Of a stretch of 64,000 bases of DNA, positions 11,001-21,654 are shown in pieces. The notes below the pieces were generated by a model. That model had not been told where the DNA came from, made no database searches, and saw only the letters and a program-made list of their open reading frames with translations. Where the stretch lies: positions 70,308,001 through 70,372,000 of the forward strand of contig OZ076413.1 of NCBI GenBank assembly GCA_964187785.1. Reading direction: 5' to 3'. The stretch comes from Amphiscolops sp. MND2022. Lineage: Eukaryota. The stretch's first letter is position 1. Each line of letters starts with the position of its first letter. The position numbers and the translations under genes are program-made.

Positions 11001-14000
11001 ACATGTTCATGATGACATTCGCACAATAAAGATTGGTAGCGGAATTCGTACCCGGGAGTCCTGGGCTTACAGCCCAGTAAACAACACCTGCGCCATGGTC
11101 AACTTGCACCGACCTCATGTCTAATTTTAAGTTCTTTACAAAAGTACAGACATTGCGTACGCACATGTGAAAAGTTACACCGCATAACAATAACCTCATC
11201 TGATTTAGGTTTTTCTGACTCTACACATCTTTAGGTATGACGGATCATTCGAAGGTACCCCGAAACGTCAGAGCATGCATTGGGTCTCGTGTTGAAAATT
11301 CAAGAAGCTTATTTTGCTAACGATGAAGTTGATACCGCTCCAGCCAACGACAGATTCTCTGGAGGATCCTCGGATCCAAGATAGATTAAGGCGAAAGCGT
11401 AGTCAAGGAAATCTAGCTGTATTGGATTATTCTACTTCCCATGAACTGCCTCCTAAGAAGCTGAATCTACGGAAGAGGAAAGCAAAGTTTGAACCTCAGG
11501 ACCATTTGGGCCTTAACCAGCTTTTCAAAGTTCTGAGTGGTAAAAAAGCCAGCCTTCGGGCTGGTGCCCAATTCTGAAACTTCCCCTATTTAAAAAAGTG
11601 GCATGAGCCAATGCAAGATCATTATGCTTGGAATCAAAAATTCATGTCTCACACCCTAAACGATTTGATGCCACACCGTTCTGCAGGGTTCACTTACATA
11701 GCAGCGGTTTTTTATTGCAGAAACTTGACTAATGTGCTACCCTAAACTTTGAACCTTGTTCAGAGCTGTTTCAATACATGTTCATGATGACATTCGCACA
11801 ATAAAGATTGGTAGCGGAATTCGTACCCGGGAGTCCTGGGCTTACAGCCCAGTAAACAACACCTGCGCCATGGTCAATTTGCACCGACCTCATGTCTAAT
11901 TTTAAGTTCTTTACAAAAGTACAGACATTGCGTACGCACATGTGAAAAGTTACACCGCATAACAATAACCTCATCTGATTTAGGTCTTTCTGACTCTACA
12001 CATCTTTAGGTATGACGGATCACTCGAGGGTTTCCCGAAACGTCAGAGCATGCATTGGGTCTCGTGTTGAAAATTCAAGAAGCTTATTCTGCTAACGATG
12101 AAGTTGATACCGCTCCAGCCAACGACAGATTCTCTGGAGGATCCTCGGATCCAAGATAGATTAAGGCAAAAGCGTAGTCAAGGAAATCTAGCTGTATTGG
12201 ATAGTTCTACTTCCCATGAACTGCCTCCAAAGAAGCTGAATCGACGGAAGAGGAAAGCAAAGTTTGAACCTCAGGACCATTTGGGCCTTAACCAGCTTTT
12301 CAAAGTTCTGAGTGGTAAAAAAGCCAGCCTTCGGGCTGGTGCCTAATTCTGGAACTTCCCCTATTTAAAAAAATGGCATGAGCCAATGCAAGATTATGCT
12401 TGGAATCAAAAATTCATGTCTCACACCCTAATCGATTTGATGTCACACCGTTCTTCAGGGTTCAATTACTTAGCGGTTTTTTATTGCAGAAACTTGACTA
12501 CAGTGCTACCCTACACTTTGAACCTTGTTCAGAGCTGTTTCAATGCATGTTCATGATGACATTCGCACAATAAAGATTGGTAGCGGAATTCGTACCCGGG
12601 AGTCCTGGGCTTACAGCCCAGTAAACAACACCTGCGCCATGGTCAATTTGCACCGACCTCATGTCTAATTTGAAGTGCTTTACAAAAGTACAGACATTGC
12701 GTACGCATATGTGAAAAGTTACACCGCATAACAATAACCTCTTCAGATATAGGTTTTTCTGACTCTACACATCTTTAGGTATGACGGATCACTCGAAGGT
12801 ACCCCGAAACAAGAGAGCATGCATTACAACTCGCGTTGAAAACTCAAAAAGCCTATTTTGCTAACAATGAAGTTGATACCGCTCGAGCCAGCGACAGATT
12901 CTCTGGAGGATCCTCGGATCCAAGGGGTATTAAGGCGAAAGCGTAGTCAAGGAAATCTAGCTGTATTGGATCAAACTACTTACTACGAACCACCTCCTAA
13001 AAAGCTGAATCGACGGAAGAGGAAAGCAAAGTTTGACCCTCAGGGCTGTTTGGGCCTCAACCAGCTTTTCAAAGTTCTGAGTGGTAAAAAAGCCAGCCTT
13101 CGGGCTGGTGCCCAATTCTGAAACTTCCCCTATTTAAAAAAGTGGTATGAGCCAATGCAAGATCATTATGCTTGGAATCAAAAATTCATGTCTCACACCC
13201 TAAACGATTTGATGCCACACCGTTCTGCAGGGTTCACTTTCATAGCAGCGGTTTTATATTGCAGAAACTTGACTAATGTGCTACCCTATACTTTGAACCT
13301 TGTTCAGAGCTGTTTCAATACATGTTCATGATGACATTCGCACAATCAAGATTGGTAGCGGAATTCGTACCCGGGAGTCCTGGGCTTACAGCCCAGTAAA
13401 CAACACCTGCGCCATGGTCAACTTGCACCGACCTCATGTCTAATTTTAAGTGCTTTACATAAGTACAGACATTACGTACGCATATGAGAAAAGTTACACC
13501 GCATAACAAAAACCTCATCGGATATAGGTTTCTCTGACTCTACACATCTTTAGGTATGACGGATCATTCGAAGGTACCCCGAAACGTCAGAGCATGCATT
13601 GGGTCTCGTGTTGAAAATTCAAGAAGCTTATTTTGCTAACGATGAAGTTGATACCGCTCGAGCCAACGACAGATTCTCTGGAGGATCCTCGGATCCAAGA
13701 TAGATTAAGGCGAAAGCGTAGTCAAGGAAATCTAGCTGTATTGGATTATTCTACTTCCCATGAACTGCCTCCTAAGAAGCTGAATCTACGGAAGAGGAAA
13801 GCAAAGTTTGAACCTCAGGACCATTTGGGCCTTAACCAGCTTTTCAAAGTTCTGAGTGGTAAAAAAGCCAGCCTTCGGGCTGGTGCCCAATTCTGGAACT
13901 TCCCCTATTTAAAAAAATGGCATGAGCCAATGCAAGATTATGCTTGGAATCAAAAATTCATGTCTCACACCCTAATCGATTTGATGTCACACCGTTCTTC

Positions 14001-15950
14001 AGGGTTCAATTACTTAGCGGTTTTTTATTGCAGAAACTTGACTACAGTGCTACCCTACACTTTGAACCTTGTTCAGAGCTGTTTCAATGCATGTTCATGA
14101 TGACATTCGCACAATAAAGATTGGTAGCGGAATTCGTACCCGGGAGTCCTGGGCTTACAGCCCAGTAAACAACAGCTGCGCCATGGTCAATTTGCACCGA
14201 CCTCATGTCTAATTTGAAGTGCTTTACAAAAGTACAGACATTGCGTACGCATATGTGAAAAGTTACACCGCATAACAATAACCTCTTCGGATATAGGTTT
14301 TTCTGACTCTACACATCTTTAGGTATGACGGATCACTCGAAGGTACCCCGAAACAAGAGAGCATGCATTACGTCTCGCGTTGAAAACTCAAAAAGCCTAT
14401 TTTGCTAACAATGAAGTTGATACCGCTCGAGCCAGCGACAGATTCTCTGGAGGATCCTCGGATCCAAGGGGTATCAAGGCGAAAGCGTAGTCAAGGAAAT
14501 CTAGCTGTATTGGATCAAACTACTTACTACGAACCACCTCCTAAAAAGCTGAAGCGACGGAAGAGGAAAGCAAAGTTTGACCTTCAGGGCTGTTTGGGCC
14601 TCAACCAGCTTTTCAAAGTTCTGAGTGGTAAAAAAGCCAGCCTTCGGGCTGGTGCCCAATTCTGGAACTTACCCTATTCAAAAAAGTGGCATGAGCCAAT
14701 GCAAGATCAAAATGCTTGGAATAAAAAAATCATGTCTCACACCCTAAACGATTTGATGCCACACCGTTCTTCAGGGATCACTAACTTAGCAGCGGTTTTT
14801 TATTGCAGAAACTTGACTAATGTGCTACCCTAAACTTTGAACCTTGTTCAGAGCTGTTTCAATACATGTTCATGATGACATTCGCACAAAAAAGATTGGT
14901 AGCGGGATTCGTACCCGGGAGTCCTGGGCTTACAGCCCAGTAAACAACACCTGCGCCATGGTCAATTTGCACCGACCTCATGTCTAATTTTAAGTGCTTT
15001 ACAAAAGTACAGACATTGCGTACGCACATGTGAAAAGTTACACCGCATAACAATAACCTCATCTGATATAGGTTTTTTTGACTCTACACATCTTTAGGTA
15101 TGACGGATCACTCGAGGGTTCCCCGAAACGTCAGAGCATGCATTACGTCTCGTGTTGAAAATTCAAGAACCTTATTTTGCTAACGATGAACTTGATACCG
15201 CTCCAGCCAACGACAGATTCTCTGGAGGATCCTCGGATCCAAGATAGATTAAGGCGAAAGCGTAGTCAAGGAAATCTAGCTGTATTGGATAGTTCTACTT
15301 CCCATGAACTGCCTCCTAAGAAGCTGAATCGACGGAAGAGGAAAGCAAAGTTTGAACCTCAGGACCATTTGGGGCTTAACCAGCTTTTCAAAGTTCTGAG
15401 TGGTAAAAAAACCAGTCTTCAGGCTGGTACCCAATTCTGAAACTTCCCCTATTTAAAAAAGTGGCATGAGCCAATGCAAGATCATTATGCTTGGAATCAA
15501 AAATTCATGTCTCACACCCTAAACGATTTGATGCCACACCGTTCTGCAGGGTTCACTTACATAGCAGCAGTTTTTTATTGCAGAAACTTGACTGATGTGC
15601 TACCCTAAACTTTGAACCTTGTTCAGAGCTGTTTCAATACATGTTCATGATGACATTCGCACAATAAAGATTGGTAGCGGAATTCGTACCCGGGAGTCCT
15701 GGACTTACAGCCCAAAAAACAACACCTGCGCCATGGTAAACTTGCACCGACCTCATGTCTAATTTTTAGTGCTTTACATAAATACAGAAATTACGTACGC
15801 ACATGTGAAAAGTTACACCGCAAAACAATAACCTCATCTGATATAGGTTTTTCTGACTCTACACTTCTCTAGGTATGACGGATCACTTGAAAGTACCCCA
15901 AAACGTCAGAGCATGCGTTACGTCTCGCGTTGAAAACTCAAAAAGCTTAT
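8095..15950. repeat. Tandem array A, right part (~775-bp unit, ~10 copies)
   Basis: Unit offsets 8223, 8998, 9766, 10539, 11314, 12089, 12858, 13633, 14402, 15177. Confidence 0.97.
9766..10254 (+). pseudogene. Longest open copy of the basic, NLS-rich reading frame in unit A (unknown protein)
   Basis: LRRKRS and PPKKLNRRKRK are followed by an aromatic-rich segment. Open for 162 codons here and 155 at 13633; broken by TGA or frameshift in most other copies. No family recognised. Confidence 0.35.
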
Positions 15951-16195
15951 TTTGATAATGATGAAGCAAAACCCCTCATTTACACAATTGAACAACTGGT
16001 ATGTTAATGTAGAAGCAATCGCCAAACAGCAACAAGTTTCTTTTTGTTGAACACTTTTTTTTGTTAGTATTTGTGTTTCGGGGACTTGCGCGACGCGTAT
16101 GAAGTCCTCAGGGAAGAGTTCGAGAGGGAACCGGAGGGAACTGCACTTCGCGTTTAAAATAACGGTTATATCAAATATGAGAAGTTTCCTAAATG

Positions 16196-16600
16196 GTTTT
16201 TGCGGTGTCGTTACATACTTTTTCGGTTGTCCCATTCTACTTTTAGGCTTCCATACGTTCTTTTTTGCGGTGTCGTTACATACTTTCTTCGGTTGTGTCA
16301 TTTTACTTTTAGGCTTCCATACGTTCTTTTTTTGCGGTGTCGTTACATACTTTTTCGGTTGTCCCATTCTACTTTTAGGCTTCCATACGTTTTTTTTGCG
16401 GTGTCGTTACATACTTTCTTCGGTTGTCCCATTCTACTTTTAGGCTTCCATACGTTTTTTTGCGGTGTCGTTACATACTTTCTTCGGTTGTCCCATTTTA
16501 CTTTTAGGCTTCCATACGTTCTTTTTTGCGGTGTCGTTACATACATACTTCGGTTGTCCCATTTTACTTTTAGGCTTCCATGCGTTCTTCTTGGCGGTGT
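16196..16600. repeat. ~65-bp minisatellite, 6 copies plus a partial
   Basis: TGCGGTGTCGTTACATACTTT(C)TTCGGTTGTCCCATT(C/T)TACTTTTAGGCTTCCATACGTTC(T)n at 16201, 16266, 16333, 16397, 16461, 16527. Confidence 0.95.
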
Positions 16601-17188
16601 CAAGTCACATATTTTCCCCTTAGGCGTCTCATACAGTTTCAGGTGTCATTTTTCCCGTTTTCATTCGACTTACCCCCGAATAACCCCCCATTCCCACAGC
16701 ACTCGTCATCTTCTTCTCAAACCCCAGCCCTCTGACTTTTTCCCCTTTTGACTACCCCCATCCCCACAACGGTCTTCTAGTGTCCTCCCCTCGACTTTAA
16801 CCCCTCTCTCACATGTTCACAATTGTTTCAAATTTTAGTATGCTTTACTATTTTATTAGCAATTTGCCCTGTATATTGGCAATTAGTTAGAATTGATTTA
16901 GTTTGTTATCACAGTTTTCAAATAGTGCTTTTACTGAGACAAAGATAATACACTAGACTTTAGTAAAAAAAAGTTCAAACTTACCCATTCGAAACAATCA
17001 GAAATTTCACTCTTCTGTTGTCTCAGAATGACTTCAAACGTTCGGAAAATTTGAAAAATGCTTCAATGAAATTCTGAGACACTGGTTTTTGATTGGTTGA
17101 GAGGAAACGTGGGGAATTTTTTTAATTCAAATACAAAATGAACAAAATGTACTTCCGTGCTGAGCATTGAATTTGATCGAAGAAAATT

Positions 17189-17240
17189 TTTGGTACACAC
17201 CGTGAGTAAAATTAAGTTTTTACTCACGGTGTGTACCAAA
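17189..17240. repeat. Perfect 23-bp inverted repeat with 6-nt loop
   Basis: TTTGGTACACACCGTGAGTAAAA-TTAAGT-TTTTACTCACGGTGTGTACCAAA. Confidence 0.95.
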
Positions 17241-18634
17241 TTTTTGACGTTTTTGCACTTAGCTGGTTAGGCAATGATTTCTGTAGGTTGAACAATAGCT
17301 AGCACATTTTTGAAAGCACGATGTGTAACCGATAAACTTTTTGGCTATAGCTTCAATTTTTGCACATCTTGGATCACCGATGAATAAATGATAAACTTTC
17401 ACATCATATAAATCAAGCCACCACAGTCACTCTTTTTATGGATAGATTTAGGAGAAACTTTTCTGTATTAGGTTTCGGCATACCCTCAGGCTGGATATTG
17501 ATAGGCCATTTCGAGTAGGCTTCAGATGTCTCAAAATAGTACGAGATTCCTTTCTTTGGTAGGAACGAGAACTCACTCACTAGCTTGTGCTTTCGATGGC
17601 TGCAATTTGACATTCGCCGAAGCCAAAGAACACAATAGGCACGCTCTCAGAGATCACATCTCTATCTCTCTCTGACCAACAGAAGTAGAAGTCTTGAAGT
17701 AGAAGTTATTCAGAAACTTTCATAACTCAACTCCTTCCAAAAACTTTTACTCCATCACTTTTTGTAGAATGGCCTTCCAAAAATTGTTTTATGAGTGGCG
17801 CTGCCTGAGTACACCCGTCCAGTGCGTCTGGACTATATAAGATGCTGGTATAACGAAGATAACATCGACGTAAAAGATTTCAGCCGCGACACGTGCCACA
17901 AAGAAACGATTACGGTTTCCCCAAGAACTTTGACGTGGACAATTTTATTCAAGTTTTTACTTGACGTGATTTGTCACACTGTTCTTCAGGGTTCAATTAC
18001 TTTGCAGCGGTTTTTTATTGCAGAAACTTGACTAACGTGCTACCCTACACTTTGAACCTTGTTCAGAGCTGTTTAAATACAAGTTCATGACATTATCCGC
18101 ACAATAAAGATTGGTAGCGGGATTCGTACCCGGGAGTCCTGGAATTACATCCCAAAAAACAACACCTGCGTCATAGTCAACTTGCACCAACCTCATGTCT
18201 AATTTTTAGTGCTTTACATAAGTACAGAAATTACGTACGCACATGTGAAAAGTTACACCGCATAACAATAACATAATCGGATATAGGTTTTTCTGACTCT
18301 ACACATCTTTAGGTATGACGGATGACTTGAAAGAACCCCGAAACGTCAGAGCATGCGTTACGTCTCGCGTTGAAAACTCAAAAAGCATATTTTGCTAATG
18401 ATGAAGCAAAACCCCTCACTTACACAATTGAACTGGTATGTTAATGTAGAAGCAATCGCCAAACAGCAACAAGTTTCGTTTTGTTGAACACTTTACTTTT
18501 GTTAGTATTTGTGTTTCGGGAACTTGCGCGACGCGTATGAAGTCCTCAGGGAAGAGTTCGAGAGGGAACCGGAGGGAACTGCACTTCGCGTTTGAAACGA
18601 CGGTTATATCAAATATGAGAAGTTTCCTAAATGG

Positions 18635-19008
18635 TTTTTGCGGTGTCGTTACAAACTTTCTTCGGTTGTCCCATTCTACTTTTAGGCTTCCATACGTTCT
18701 TTTTTGCGGTGTCGTTACATACTTTCTTCGGTTGTCTCATTTTACTTTTAGGCTTCCATACGTTCTTTTTTTGCGGTGTCGTTACATACTTTTTCGGTTG
18801 TCCCATTTTACTTTTAGGCTTCCATACGTTCTTTTTTGCGGTGTCGTTACATACTTTCTTCGGTTGTCCCATTTTACTTTTAGGCTTCCCTACGTTCTTT
18901 TTTTGCGGTGTCGTTACATACTTTCTTCGGTTGTCCCATTTTACTTTTAGGCTTCCATACGTTCTTCTTGGCGGTGTCGTTACATACTTTCTTCGGTTGT
19001 CCCATTTT
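18635..19008. repeat. ~65-bp minisatellite, 5 copies plus a partial
   Basis: Same unit as at 16196. Confidence 0.95.
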
Positions 19009-21227
19009 TGGCTATAGCTTCAACGTTTGCACATCTTGGATCACCGATGAAAACGATAAACTTTTACACCAATCAATCAAGCCACCACAGTCACTCTTTT
19101 TATGGATAGATTTAGGATAAACTTTTCTGTATTAGGTTTCGGCTTACCCTCAGGCTGGATTGACGGGCCATTTCGAGTAGGCTTCAGATGTCTTGAAACG
19201 GTACGAGATTCCTTTGGTGGGAACGAGAACTCACTCACTAGCTTGTGCTTTGGATGGCTGCAATTTGACATTCGCCGAAGCCAAAGAACACAATAGGCAC
19301 GCTCTCAGAGAGCACACATATCTCTCTCTCTCTCTCTCTCTCTGACCAACAGAAGTAGAAGTCTTGAAGTAGAAGTTATTCAGAAACTTTCATAACTCAA
19401 CTTTCAAAAACTTCTACTCCATCACTTTTTGTAGAATGGCCTTCCGAAAATTGTTTTATGAATGGCCCCTTCCTGGGTACACCCGTCCAGTGCGCGTGGA
19501 CTGTATAAGATGCTGGTATAACGAAGATAACATCGACGTAGAAATTTTTAGCCGAGACACGTACCACAAAGAAACGATTACGGTTTCCAAGAACTTTGAG
19601 GTGGACAATTTTATTCAAGTTTTTACTTGACGAAGTCGAAAAGAAGTTCCCCGGGAGACGCGGGGATCGCGAATACCGAGATCTGGTCAATCTCGTGGAG
19701 TACATGAGTGACTTCATACGACCAACGCCATTATTCGTGTCCTCGGATCGGCCTCACCAGCCACCAAGGATTTCGTTTATCTTGGAAAAAAATTTAACAA
19801 AGTACTCGTGGTTGCGACATGTCGAAGTTAAACGCTGTTCTTAACAAAGCCGATAGATTGAGACTGCGAGTTCAGGACAAACGGGAAATCAGATGTACTC
19901 ATCTGGCTGATCTGATTCAGCTTAGGGACGTCCGCGCAGAGCTGGGAATCAGCAGACTGAACATATAGCACGGCCTCAAATCCCTTTCAGTTAAAGCAGT
20001 CCTGAGCACAGTCAATGGCTCCAAAATCTGGCAGCGATGCTGTATGAAACAGCTCGAGCTCGATGTATTAGGTTTCGGCTAACCCTCAGGCTGGATTGAT
20101 GGGCCATTTCGAGTAGGCTTCAGAAGTCTTAAAATAGTAAGAGATTCCTTTGGTGGGAACGAGAACTCACTCACTAGCTTGTGCTTTCGAGGGCTGCCAT
20201 TTGACATTCGCCGAAGCCAAAGAACACAATAGGCACGCTCTCAGAGAGCACATATATATCTCTCTCTCTCTGACCAACAGAAGTAGAAGTCTTGAAGTAG
20301 AAGTTATTCAGAAACTTTCATAACTCAACTTTCAAAAACTTCTACTCCATCACTTTTTGTAGAATGGCCTTCCGAAAATTGTTTTATGAGTGGCGCTGCC
20401 TGAGTACACCCGTCCAGTGCGTCTGGACTATATAAGATGCTGGTATAACGAAGATAACATCGACGAAAAAGATTTCAGCCGCGACACGTGCCACAAAGAA
20501 ACGATTACGGTTTCCAAGAACTTTGACGTGGACAATTTTATTCAAGTTTTTACTTGACGTGATTTGTCACACTGTTCTTCAGGGTTCAATTACTTTGCAG
20601 CGGTTTTTTATTGCAGAAACTTGACTAACGTGCTACCCTACACTTTGAACCTTGTTCAGAGCTGTTTAAATACAAGTTCATGACATTATCCGCACAATAA
20701 AGATTGGTAGCGGGATTCGTACCCGGGAGTCCTGGAATTACATCCCAAAAAACAACACCTGCGTCATAGTCAACTTGCACCAACCTCATGTCTAATTTTT
20801 AGTGCTTTACATAAGTACAGAAATTACGTACGCACATGTGAAAAGTTACACCGCATAACAATAACATAATCGGATATAGGTTTTTCTGACTCTACACATC
20901 TTTAGATATGACGGATGACTTGAAAGAACCCCGAAACGTCAGAGTATGCGTTACGTCTCGCGTTGAAAACTCAAAAAGCATATTTTGCTAATGATGAAGC
21001 AAAACCCCTCATTTACACAATTGAACTGGTATGTTAATGTAGAAGCAATCGCCAAACAGCAACAAGTTTCTTTTTGTTGAACACTTTACTTTTGTTAGTA
21101 TTTGTGTTTCGGGAACTTGCGCGACGCGTATGAAGTCCTCAGGGAAGAGTTCGAGAGGGAACCGGAGGGAACTGCACTTCGCGTTTGAAACGACGGTTAT
21201 ATCAAATATGAGAAGTTTCCTAAATGG

Positions 21228-21532
21228 TTTTTGCGGTGTCGTTACAAACTTTCTTCGGTTGTCCCATTCTACTTTTAGGCTTCCATACGTTCTTTTTTGC
21301 GGTGTCGTTACATACTTTCTTCGGTTGTCTCATTTTACTTTTAGGCTTCCATACGTTCTTTTTTTGCGGTGTCGTTACATACTTTTTCGGTTGTCCCATT
21401 TTACTTTTAGGCTTCCATACGTTCTTTTTTGCGGTGTCGTTACATACTTTCTTCGGTTGTCCCATTTTACTTTTAGGCTTCCATACGTTCTTCTTGGCGG
21501 TGTCGTTACATACTTTCTTCGGTTGTCCCATT
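21228..21532. repeat. ~65-bp minisatellite, 4 copies plus a partial
   Basis: Same unit as at 16196. Confidence 0.95.
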
Positions 21533-21654
21533 TTTGGCTATAGCTTCAACGTTTGCACATCTTGGATCACCGATGAAAACGATAAACTTTTACATCATAT
21601 CAATCAAGCCACCACAGTCACTCTTTTTATGGATAGATTTAGGATAAAATTTTC

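Noticed and set aside
16196-16600. Regularly spaced repeats as a CRISPR array
   Set aside because: Units are contiguous ~65-bp copies with no unique spacers, there are no cas genes, and the context is eukaryotic.
15918-16751. Long ORFs (up to 183 aa) over the minisatellite, and similar ORFs at 18.5-19.0 and 21.1-21.8 kb
   Set aside because: They are repeat-translation artefacts; the peptides cycle through three frames of one unit.
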